Of a stretch of DNA of 64,000 bases, positions 10,297 through 18,817 are shown one piece after another. The DNA comes from Planctomycetota bacterium (GTDB lineage: Bacteria > Planctomycetota > PLA2 > JAEUHO01): positions 224,001 through 288,000 of the forward strand of contig CBDCWP010000030.1 in the NCBI GenBank assembly GCA_965223505.1, written 5' to 3'. The translations under genes were made by a program, and so were the position numbers. Within the stretch, counting starts at the first letter, position 1. Every line of letters starts with the position of its first letter. The notes beneath the pieces are model-generated. The model saw only the letters and a program-made list of their open reading frames with translations. It was not told where the DNA came from and made no database searches.

Positions 10297-10539
10297 GCGG
10301 CCTCGCTGGCGCACCTGAATATTCTCTCGATGCGTTCGTCGGGACGCGGCTAGAGCACGCCGCATGGCGTGCCGAAGCGCCGCAACGCCCGAGTTCTTCG
10401 GCGTTGCGATGCACCCCCGTACGCGGGGGTGCAAGGGGGTGCATCGAACCCGCAGATCGCACTACTACCCGACGTTTCGGGCTCCGAGAGCATCACCTCG
10501 TCATCGTGGCGCATCCATGACGTGGGAGAGTGGGCGTGA
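10297..10539 (+). repeat. ~240-nt element repeated downstream of each kinase gene (decayed small gene or structured element)
   Basis: Shares blocks tcgtcgggacgcggc, agttcttcggcgttgcgatgcacccc, gcaaggggg.gcatcg and tcgtcatcgYggcgcatccaYgacgt with 14769-15128; contains several hairpins. Confidence 0.75.
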
Positions 10540-10989
10540 CTACTCGACGTCCTCACCGAGCGTACGAAGGTCGATGAGATCCTGCGGGCGTCCCGTGGCC
10601 CGCTTGTTGCGGATCAGGTCATGCCGGGAAATCACGTGGATGGGGCAGTCGCCGTACTGCGACTCGACACGCTCCGGCCACGATTCATGGAACTCGAGGC
10701 CTGTAACACCCATCAAGATGTCGATGCGGTTCGGGGGAACACCGATCTGGTACACCATTTCTTGGTTTGCGAGATCCTCAACCGTGACTTCGGAGACCGG
10801 CGCGCCGAACGAAGTCAGCGCCCGGTGCACTCGTGCGGCGTTCTCCGCCGATGCCTCGACCCAGATGTCGAGATCCTTGGTGAAGCGAGGCTGAGCGTGG
10901 AACGTGACCGCGTAGGCCCCGACCACGAGGTAGCGGACCTTAGCGGCGTTGAATGCGAGCAGTAGATCTCTGAAGTCGGGGTTGATCAC
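10540..10989 (-). CDS. nucleotidyltransferase-fold protein (DUF6036-like / minimal NTase)
   Basis: VRYLVVGAYAV..HAQPRFTKDLDIWV (G-A/G...DxD), C-terminal LIRNKRATGRPQDLIDL. Confidence 0.8.
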   Translation of the reverse strand: MINPDFRDLLLAFNAAKVRYLVVGAYAVTFHAQPRFTKDLDIWVEASAENAARVHRALTSFGAPVSEVTVEDLANQEMVYQIGVPPNRIDILMGVTGLEFHESWPERVESQYGDCPIHVISRHDLIRNKRATGRPQDLIDLRTLGEDVE

Positions 10990-11149
10990 CGTCGGCTCCC
11001 TGCCACACGCGGGCTTCCAGCACCATCTCCCACATGGCCTCCATGCGTCTCTCCGGAGCCACGCTACGCCAGAAGGCCGCGTCGAACGCCTGCTCGTCCT
11101 CTCCCTGGCGGACCAGACTCCCAGTTATGACGCGATCGCCAGACACCAT
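10940..11149 (-). CDS. small protein overlapping the nucleotidyltransferase start (putative antitoxin/partner)
   Basis: 69 aa, DAAFWRSVAPERRMEAMWEM...PRLQRS; TACAAT -10 box 6 nt before the ATG; 50-nt overlap with the NTase gene. Confidence 0.65.
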   Translation of the reverse strand: MVSGDRVITGSLVRQGEDEQAFDAAFWRSVAPERRMEAMWEMVLEARVWQGADGDQPRLQRSTARIQRR

Positions 11150-11255
11150 GGGCGCATTGTACCGGCCACTGGGGCCGTCCACGCGTCGGAAGACGCTGTG
11201 TCTCCGCGTGTGCGGGCCGCTTGCGCTGACAGGCCGTTCCCGCTTCACTCGTTCC

Positions 11256-14200
11256 GTGATCGGCAGCCGCATCAGCGCCTACGAGGTCCTCTCCGAGCTG
11301 GGTTCGGGTGGCATGGGGTCCGTCTATCTGGCGAGGTGCGCCGAGGAGGCGGCGGCGCTGGACGCTGGCGTCCAGGTCGCCCTCAAGGTCATCCATCCGA
11401 ACCTCCTGAGCCAGCCGGGCTTCTTCAAGCGCTTCCTGCGCGAGGCCCAGATCGGGCAGGAGGTGCAGCACGAGAACGTCGTGCGGACCTACGACTGCGA
11501 CGCGACCGACGTCGATGGCGCGGCGGCGCACTTCCTCGTCATGGAGTACGTCGAGGGCCAGACGCTGCGCGATCTCCTCGACGAGTTGGAGCGCGTCCCG
11601 GAGGAGCTCTGCCGCCACATCGGTCGCGAGGTGGCCAAGGGCTTGGCGGCGATCCACGAAGCGGGCGTCGTCCACCGCGACATCAAGCCCGAGAACGTGC
11701 TGATCACCGAGGGGCACGTCGTCAAGGTGATGGACCTGGGCGTCGCCCGCCTCCAGGACGAGGCGATCCGGCTCTCCCAGGCGGGCGCGTTCGTGGGCTC
11801 GTTGGAGTACGCGGCGCCCGAACAATTCCGTTCCGCCGATGCCGAGCCCGATGGCCGCGCCGATCTGCACTCGCTCGGCGTCGTGCTCTACGAGTTGGCC
11901 ACGGGGCAGCATCCCTACCGGGACGAGGACATCTCGAAGGTCATGCGGAACATCCTCGACGAGGAGCCGCGCAAGGCAGGGGAGATCAACCCGCAGCTAT
12001 CGCCATTCTTCGAGGAAGTGATCGGCACCCTCATCGCCAAGGAGCGCGATGCTCGCTTCGCCGATGCGGCCACCCTCGCGGGCGTGCTGGAAGAGGGCGA
12101 GGGCGGCGAGTGGTGGAAGGCGCGCGCCAAGGCGCTGCGCGTCGAGACGAAGCGTCCGCTCCGGCGGATCCGCATCCCGCGCGAGACGGCGCTCTACGGC
12201 CGCGACGACGACCTCGCGAAGCTCCACGCACTGTTCGACAACGCGAAGGCGGGGAACGGTCAAGTGCTCTTGATCGAAGGCGAAGCGGGCATCGGCAAGA
12301 CGCGCCTCGTGGACGAGTTCGTCGGGCGGCTGCGGCAAGAGGGCGAGGACATCAACTTCCTCTTCGGCAGCTACCCGCCGGGCGGAGCGGCGACGGCGGC
12401 GGGAGCCTTCTCCGAGGCGTACCGCGAGCAGTTCGGCGAGGAGGGCGCGGCACCCTGGCTTTCGCAGACGCCGATCCTGGTTCCCGCCTTCGACGCGCTG
12501 CTTCGCGGGGAGCCCGCGCCCAAGGACGCGGAGGCTCTCACGAAGGACTCGCTCGGGACGGTGTTCGTGCACGCGACGCGCAACCTCGCCGCCGAGCGGC
12601 CGACCATCGTGCTCATCGACGACCTCCACTTCGCGCCCGAGGATGCGCGGGCGTTGTTCTTGACGCTGGCCCTGGCTGCGCCCGGACATCCGATCCTGCT
12701 CGTGGGGACCATGCGCCCCGGTGTGGACGAAGAGTGGATCTCCCACGTGGCGCGGCTGGATCAGGCGTCGCACACGGGCCTGTTGCGATTGGGGCCGAAG
12801 GACCTGTTCAAGCTCCTCAAGGACTCGTTCCGTTCTGACCGCCTCGCTGAGGAACTGGGCATGCAGATCAGCGTGAAGTCCGACGGCAACCCGTTCTTCG
12901 CCTTCGAGATCATTCGGGGCCTGCGTGAGGGGCAGTTCATCACGCAGCAACTTGACGGAACCTGGGCTAGCACCCAGGTGGTCGAGGAGATCCAGATCCC
13001 GTCGTCGCTATTGGATCTCGTGAACGCGCGCGTTGCGGGCCTGTCCGAAGCAGAGCGCGATCTTCTCGATGTCGCCTGCTGCTGCGGGTTCGAGTTCGAT
13101 CCTGGCCTGATCGGGGACGTGCTGGGCCTGCGGCGCATTCCGCTGCTCAAGCGGTTCGGGCAGATCGAACGGGCGCATCGCCTCGTGCGCTCATCGGGGC
13201 GCAACTACGTCTTTGATCACCATCAAGTGCAAGAGGCTCTCTACGGCAGTCTGCACGAGCAGATGCGCGAGGAGTACCACGCCGCCATCGCCGACGCCTT
13301 GGAGGCTCGCGCGAACGCCGACGACAAGGACCCGAAGGACTTGGATGGCGCGTTGTGCGTAGACCTGTGTGAGCACTTCCTGAAGGGAGCGCAGGGAAAG
13401 TCTGCCCTCCGCTATCTCGACGCGGCGCTCACGCATCTGGAGGTGAGCTACCTAAACGAAAGCGCCATCAAACTCGCCGAGCGCGCTCTCGCGTCTCCCA
13501 GTCTGTTGGAGGGCGACCGGCGCTTCGATGTACTTTACCGAGAGAACGGAGTACTGGGCCGCCTGGGGCGCCGGGATGCGCAAGCAGAGGTTCTTGCTGA
13601 TGCGCTAGCTCTCGCCAACGGCTCGGGGAACCAGGGCGCTTCCGTGAAAGCGGAACAGGCCATGGCGTATCTGCTGGAGAGGACCGGCCGCTACGAGCTT
13701 GCGCTTCCGCACGCTCGACGGGCACTCGACATTGCCCGTGCCACCGATGATCGCAGGGGCGAGATAGGTGCGATCATCGTCGAGGGGTTAGTGCGGTACG
13801 CCCAGGGAATGTACTCGGAGGCCATCGCACAGTTCGAGCACGCACTATTGATCGCGCTGCAGATCGATGATCTCCTGGCCGAGGCCAGTGTGCGCCACAA
13901 CCTGGGGAACCCCTTGGCGAGCCTCGGGCGCATCGACGAGGCATGGGTGCACTTTAGTCGTGCGGCAGAATTGTATGAGGAGGTGGGTGACCTGCTGGCC
14001 CGGGGCAACATCGCGAACAATCTCGGACTAGTTTTGGTACTCAGAGGCCGACTTCGAGAAGCGGAATCCTGCTACGAGCGCGCTCTTGCCTACAAGCAGG
14101 CAGCGGGCGATCGTGCTTCCGAGTCCGTGACCATCGGAAACTTGGGGCAGTTGCAGTTGATGTACGGGAGCACGGACCATGCGCGGGTCGCTTGTGAGCG

Positions 14201-14768
14201 TGCGCTGACACTCGCTGAGCAATCTGGTGCACTACATGCAAGATGCGAGAGCCTCCATGCGCTTGGCATGGTGGCAGCGCAGGCTGGTGAACTTGTGCAA
14301 GCACGTGGCTGGTACGAACAGGCGTCGTCCGTTCGAAACGACGCTGGCTCGCTTCAAGGCGAAGCGGAGACTCTCTTGGCGCTTGGAGAGTGCCTGCTTC
14401 AGGAGGGACACCGCGAGCGAAGTGACGCGCTGATGGAGGCAGCCTTGGCGTTGGCAAGGGAGACGGGTGCGCGAGGCGCGGAGGTCGAAGCGGCCTGCCA
14501 CCTGGCGCTGCGACCCGGCGGGGACGTCGATGAGGCGTTGGCGTGTTTTGATGCGAGGCATGATGCGCTGGCACACCGTGAAAGGATGAGGGCGCGCTAC
14601 CTGTTGTTCAAGGCGACAGGCAGGCGCGAACACCTTGCCGAGGCCCGGCGCCTCCTGAACTACTTCGTAGAGCACGCCCCTGCGGAGCATCGCGAGTCGA
14701 TGTTGACCAACGTGCGCCTGCACCGCGAGATCATGGAGGCATGGGAGGCGCATCAGGCGGCCTCGTAG
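11256..14768 (+). CDS. Ser/Thr protein kinase - AAA+/STAND-type ATPase - TPR protein (paralog 2)
   Basis: Same motifs as 6892-10296. Homology starts at GTGATCGGCAGCCGC, so the track start at 11034 is over-extended. Confidence 0.9.
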   Translation: MIGSRISAYEVLSELGSGGMGSVYLARCAEEAAALDAGVQVALKVIHPNLLSQPGFFKRFLREAQIGQEVQHENVVRTYDCDATDVDGAAAHFLVMEYVEGQTLRDLLDELERVPEELCRHIGREVAKGLAAIHEAGVVHRDIKPENVLITEGHVVKVMDLGVARLQDEAIRLSQAGAFVGSLEYAAPEQFRSADAEPDGRADLHSLGVVLYELATGQHPYRDEDISKVMRNILDEEPRKAGEINPQLSPFFEEVIGTLIAKERDARFADAATLAGVLEEGEGGEWWKARAKALRVETKRPLRRIRIPRETALYGRDDDLAKLHALFDNAKAGNGQVLLIEGEAGIGKTRLVDEFVGRLRQEGEDINFLFGSYPPGGAATAAGAFSEAYREQFGEEGAAPWLSQTPILVPAFDALLRGEPAPKDAEALTKDSLGTVFVHATRNLAAERPTIVLIDDLHFAPEDARALFLTLALAAPGHPILLVGTMRPGVDEEWISHVARLDQASHTGLLRLGPKDLFKLLKDSFRSDRLAEELGMQISVKSDGNPFFAFEIIRGLREGQFITQQLDGTWASTQVVEEIQIPSSLLDLVNARVAGLSEAERDLLDVACCCGFEFDPGLIGDVLGLRRIPLLKRFGQIERAHRLVRSSGRNYVFDHHQVQEALYGSLHEQMREEYHAAIADALEARANADDKDPKDLDGALCVDLCEHFLKGAQGKSALRYLDAALTHLEVSYLNESAIKLAERALASPSLLEGDRRFDVLYRENGVLGRLGRRDAQAEVLADALALANGSGNQGASVKAEQAMAYLLERTGRYELALPHARRALDIARATDDRRGEIGAIIVEGLVRYAQGMYSEAIAQFEHALLIALQIDDLLAEASVRHNLGNPLASLGRIDEAWVHFSRAAELYEEVGDLLARGNIANNLGLVLVLRGRLREAESCYERALAYKQAAGDRASESVTIGNLGQLQLMYGSTDHARVACERALTLAEQSGALHARCESLHALGMVAAQAGELVQARGWYEQASSVRNDAGSLQGEAETLLALGECLLQEGHRERSDALMEAALALARETGARGAEVEAACHLALRPGGDVDEALACFDARHDALAHRERMRARYLLFKATGRREHLAEARRLLNYFVEHAPAEHRESMLTNVRLHREIMEAWEAHQAAS

Positions 14769-15128
14769 GCGCCCCGAACATTCGTGAGATGCCCTCGTCG
14801 AGCCGCGACAGTGAGATCGACCACATCTGCTTTGATCAGACAGGTGCGTACATTCCTCTGGGTGGCTAGCTCATGCGCAAGGCTTGATGGTTTGATCGCC
14901 GGGGGGCGGCGGCAGGATACGCTCGTCGGGACGCGGCAGGGGAATGCGGCTTGGCATGCGGAGGCGGCGTAGTGCCTCTAGTTCTTCGGCGTTGCGATGC
15001 ACCCCGTGTCCCCGGGGGAGCAAGGGGGAGCATCGCAGACACAGGCCAACGAATTGCGCCACGATCTGGGCTCCACGGGCGCCACGTCGTCATCGCGGCG
15101 CATCCACGACGTCGAGGACGGGGCGTAG
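14769..15128 (+). repeat. second full copy of the kinase-downstream element, with a ~105-nt insert
   Basis: Homologous to 10297-10539; the gatgccctcgtcgagccgcgac / gatacgctcgtcgggacgcggc near-duplication flanks the insert. Confidence 0.7.
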
Positions 15129-15159
15129 ATCGGTGTCAGGACGACACCCGGCCCGCGCG

Positions 15160-15365
15160 CTTGAGTACGGGTCACTCCAAGGATGGCGACGCCGACCTCC
15201 AGCAACAGGTAGATCACGAGTGTCACGCTGGGTCGGCCGTCGACGACGAGGCTCAGTACGCGACCTGCCGCGAGACCCGTCATCAAGAAAACGACGGAGA
15301 GCACGGCGGCTCGCGCCCAAGGGGGGCCGAACGCGGCCATCAGCCAGTAGAGCGACAGGCTCCCC
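15160..15365 (-). pseudogene. C-terminal fragment of a DUF4345-like membrane protein
   Basis: LYWLMAAFGPPWARAAVLSVVFLMTGLAAGRVLSLVVDGRPS..LLLE resembles the DUF4345 C-half; the N-terminus is absent. Ends are approximate. Confidence 0.55.
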
Positions 15366-15431
15366 CCGCGAGCAGCAGGCAGAATCTGGTGAACGTCAAG
15401 TCAGTCCTCGTTCTTCCCGCGGGCGTCTTGG

Positions 15432-15527
15432 GTCGAGCACGCGCCGGAGACGTATCGCCTCACCACGCTCACGAACGTCAGGCTCCACCGTGAGATCACG
15501 GATGCGTGGATCGCGTTGCGCGACTGA
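15432..15527 (+). pseudogene. orphan C-terminal tail of a third kinase-ATPase-TPR paralog
   Basis: Translates VEHAPETYRLTTLTNVRLHREITDAWIALRD*, versus VEHAPAQYRETTLTNVRLHREIMEAW (paralog 1) and VEHAPAEHRESMLTNVRLHREIMEAW (paralog 2). Confidence 0.85.
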
Positions 15528-15542
15528 GCGACGCGCGGCGTC

Positions 15543-17174
15543 CTAGTTCTCGACGACCTCTTCCATGCTCGGCATCGTCTCTTGATGCGCGAGCGCCGCC
15601 ACGATGAACTCGCGGAACAACGGGTGCGGCCTCGTCGGCTTGCTCTTGAACTCGGGATGGAACTGCACACCCACGAAGTACGGATGCTCGGGTAGCTCCA
15701 CGATCTCGACCAGATCGCGCTCCGGGTTCGTCCCGCCGATCAGCATGCCCGATTCGACCAATCGATCGCGGTACTCGTTGTTGAACTCGTACCGGTGACG
15801 ATGGCGCTCCTGCACCGTCTCGTCGTCGTACGCCGCGCGTGACTTCGATCCGGCACGAAGCGCACAGACGTACGCACCCAGACGCATGGTGCCGCCCTTC
15901 TCGAGTCCCTTCTGATCCGGCATCAGGTCGATCACCGGATGCGGCGTGTGCTCGTCGAACTCCGTGCTGTGCGCACCTTCGAGCCCCGCCACGTTGCGCG
16001 CGTACTCGATCACGGCGCACTGCATGCCGAGACACAGCCCCAGGAACGGCACCCCGTTCTCGCGCGCCCAGCGGATGGCCTCGACCTTGCCCTCGATGCC
16101 GCGCTCGCCGAACCCGCCCGGCACCACGATGCCGTGCACCCCGCCCAGGCGCTGCGCCGCGTTCTCCGCCGTGATGTCCTCGGCCTGTACCCGCCGCACC
16201 CGCACCTTCGACTCCGCGTGGAAGCCCGAGTGCGCGATCGCCTCGTACACGCTCTTGTACGCGTCGGTCAGCTCGATGTACTTGCCGACCAGCGCGACCT
16301 CGACCTGTCGTTTGGGGTTGCGAATGCGCTCGAGCAACGCGTGATAGGCGTCGAGCTGCAGTTCACCCATCGGCAATCCCAGCCGCTCCGTGATCAGCCG
16401 GTCCAGGCCCTGCTCCGCCAACATCTGGGGCACCTCGTAGATGCTCGTCGGCACGTCTTGCTCTTCCACGACGCAGTCCACCGGCACGTTGCAGAACAAC
16501 GAGAGCTTCGAACGAATCTCCTGTGTCAGCGGACGCTCCGTACGACAGATCAACACATCGGGCTGGATGCCGATCTCGCGCAGCTTCATCACCGAGTGCT
16601 GGCTCGGCTTCGACTTGAGCTCGCCACTGGCCCGCAGGTACGGGATCAACGTGAGGTGGCAGACCATCGCGTTTTCGCGGCCCACGTCGAGGATGAACTG
16701 ACGAATCGCCTCGAGGAACGGCTGGCTCTCGATGTCACCCGCCGTGCCGCCGAGCTCGCAGATCAGCACCTCGGCGTCGCCGGCGCCGGCGCGGATGCCC
16801 TGCTTGATCTCGTTCGTGACGTGCGGGATGACCTGGACCGTCTTGCCCAGGTAGTCGCCGCGCCGCTCCTTCTGGATGATGCTCGCGTAGATCTTGCCGG
16901 TCGTGTAGTTGCTGTCCTTCGTCAGGACCGCGCCCTCGGTGAAGCGCTCGTAGTGGCCCAGGTCGAGATCGGTCTCGGCGCCGTCCTCGGTGACGTAGAC
17001 CTCGCCGTGCTGATAGGGCGACATCGTCCCCGGATCGACGTTGAGGTACGGGTCCAGCTTCTGGTGCTGGACGCGGACGCCGCGGCCCTCGAGAAGGAGT
17101 CCGATCGACGCGCTCGTGAGTCCTTTGCCGAGGCTCGAGGCCACGCCCCCGGTCACGAAGATGTACTTCGTCAC
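15543..17174 (-). CDS. pyrG: CTP synthase
   Basis: [58 protein letters not shown]. Confidence 0.98.
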   Translation of the reverse strand: MTKYIFVTGGVASSLGKGLTSASIGLLLEGRGVRVQHQKLDPYLNVDPGTMSPYQHGEVYVTEDGAETDLDLGHYERFTEGAVLTKDSNYTTGKIYASIIQKERRGDYLGKTVQVIPHVTNEIKQGIRAGAGDAEVLICELGGTAGDIESQPFLEAIRQFILDVGRENAMVCHLTLIPYLRASGELKSKPSQHSVMKLREIGIQPDVLICRTERPLTQEIRSKLSLFCNVPVDCVVEEQDVPTSIYEVPQMLAEQGLDRLITERLGLPMGELQLDAYHALLERIRNPKRQVEVALVGKYIELTDAYKSVYEAIAHSGFHAESKVRVRRVQAEDITAENAAQRLGGVHGIVVPGGFGERGIEGKVEAIRWARENGVPFLGLCLGMQCAVIEYARNVAGLEGAHSTEFDEHTPHPVIDLMPDQKGLEKGGTMRLGAYVCALRAGSKSRAAYDDETVQERHRHRYEFNNEYRDRLVESGMLIGGTNPERDLVEIVELPEHPYFVGVQFHPEFKSKPTRPHPLFREFIVAALAHQETMPSMEEVVEN

Positions 17175-17289
17175 GTTGTGCTCTCCCGGGAAATGCAGAT
17201 TCTATCCGGACCGCCTCCGGAGGCAGCCAATTGAGCGGGCCGCCGCATCTCTGCCTTCCGAGCCCGGTTCTACAGGACGTGGCGGACGC

Positions 17290-18012
17290 TCAGGCGCCGC
17301 CCTCCCGGGCGAGCGCCGTCAGGAACGCGTCGTAGTCGGCGCGCGTGTCGATCCCGAACGCCGCGCGCGACGAATCGAGCACCTGGACGCGCCAGCCGTT
17401 GTCGAGCGCTCGCAGCTGCTCGAGCCGCTCCTGCGTCTCGCGTTCCGTGGGTCCGAGCTGAGCGAACTCGAGCAATCGCTCGCGGCGAAACGCGTAGATG
17501 CCGACGTGATGCAGCACCTCGCCCGCGACGTCGTCGCCGGGCGGATCGCGCTGGAAGCCGAGCGCCCAGCCCTCCGCGTTCCGGATCGCCTTGACCGCGT
17601 TCGGGTCCGCGAGCTGCGCCTCGTCGGCGAAGGGGAAGCCCAGCGTGGCGATGTCCGCGCCCTCGTGCACCGCGGCCGCGAGTGCGGCCAGATCGGCCGG
17701 ATCGAACAAGGGCTCGTCGCCCTGGACGTTGACGAAGACCTCCTCGTTGAGGTTCTCCGCCGCCTCGGCGCAGCGGTCGGTGCCGGAGGTGTGGTCGGCG
17801 CGGGTGCGGATGACGTCGCCGCCGAAGTCGCGAACCGCGTGCTCGACCCGGTCGTCGTCGGTCAGCACGAATACGCGGGTCACGCCGGTCGCGATGCGCG
17901 CCCGCTCGACCACGTGTTGGACGAGGTACTTCCCCGACTCGTCGAGCAGAACCTTCCCGGGCAGCCGCGTGCTGCCGAAGCGGGCGGGGATGAGGATGGC
18001 GTAGCGCGCCAC
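17290..18012 (-). CDS. kdsB: 3-deoxy-manno-octulosonate cytidylyltransferase
   Basis: IPARFGSTRLPGK, HTSGTDRCAEA, VNVQGDEP, HVGIYAFR, ERLEQLRAL, GIDT. Confidence 0.95.
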   Translation of the reverse strand: MARYAILIPARFGSTRLPGKVLLDESGKYLVQHVVERARIATGVTRVFVLTDDDRVEHAVRDFGGDVIRTRADHTSGTDRCAEAAENLNEEVFVNVQGDEPLFDPADLAALAAAVHEGADIATLGFPFADEAQLADPNAVKAIRNAEGWALGFQRDPPGDDVAGEVLHHVGIYAFRRERLLEFAQLGPTERETQERLEQLRALDNGWRVQVLDSSRAAFGIDTRADYDAFLTALAREGGA

Positions 18013-18028
18013 GCGCTCACTCCTGTGG

Positions 18029-18685
18029 CTAGTTTCCGGAGGTCGTCACCGTAAGCGAAGGCGACCGATTCCGCAGCATCGCAATCGCTTGTTTCACCTG
18101 CGAGTAGATGGCGGGAATGTGCTTCGAGTGCTCCTGCATGCCCTGTCCGCGCATCGAGAGCAGCGTCCAGCTGCTCACGCCGTCGTCCACGGTGACCCGG
18201 CCACGGGCCTGGCTGTGGGTGAAGAGCTGAAACTGCGAGTCCGTCGGCTTCGCGGCCTCGAAGAACTTGATCTTCTTCAACCCCTCGACCAGATCGAGCA
18301 TGTCCTGGTCGGGCACGACGCCGGTGCCCTCCTCGGCGTTCGTGGAGCCCTGGCGAATCTGCTCCGCCTCGGGGTGGCTCTCGTTGACGAGCACGATCTT
18401 CATCGGCGCCGAGCCGCTGCCGGGCCGGCGGCCGAAGCGCGGGTTCTCGTGCAGGTAGCGTTCGTGAGCGAGCGCCTCCCAGACGACCTTGACCGCCGGC
18501 TTGCGCCGTTCGGGTCCGTCCAGGCGGTCGGGCGTCGGCGCGTCGCCGCGATCGGCGACCGACGGCGCGGCCGGCCTGGGGGCTTCGGCCTTCGACGGCT
18601 GGCTGGAGGACGAGCAGCCGGATGTGACGAAGCTGACACAGAGCAGAAGGCCCAGCGCGGCGGCTACAAAAGAGGTGGATCGCAT
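18029..18685 (-). CDS. hypothetical lipoprotein
   Basis: MRSTSFVAAALGLLLCVSFVTSGC signal/lipobox; GGAGG upstream. Confidence 0.7.
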   Translation of the reverse strand: MRSTSFVAAALGLLLCVSFVTSGCSSSSQPSKAEAPRPAAPSVADRGDAPTPDRLDGPERRKPAVKVVWEALAHERYLHENPRFGRRPGSGSAPMKIVLVNESHPEAEQIRQGSTNAEEGTGVVPDQDMLDLVEGLKKIKFFEAAKPTDSQFQLFTHSQARGRVTVDDGVSSWTLLSMRGQGMQEHSKHIPAIYSQVKQAIAMLRNRSPSLTVTTSGN

Positions 18686-18817
18686 GGAAACCTCCGACAA
18701 TGGGGCTATGGAGGCACCGTGCCTCTGGCGGCGTCCAACGTCAAGCCCATGCGCGCGCCTTGACCCCCGCATTTGCCCTTCATAGGCTCTTTTGTGACAA
18801 GGAGTTGTGACGATCCC

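Noticed and set aside
11034..11255. Extended N-terminus of kinase paralog 2
   Set aside because: It overlaps the opposite-strand small gene, and homology with paralog 1 begins at GTG 11256.
10297..15128. Integron attC cassette array
   Set aside because: No RYYYAAC/GTTRRRY core sites bounding the repeat and no integron integrase seen.
6892..15527. Diversity-generating retroelement (tail copies as TR/VR)
   Set aside because: No reverse transcriptase in the window, and differences among the tail copies are not adenine-specific.
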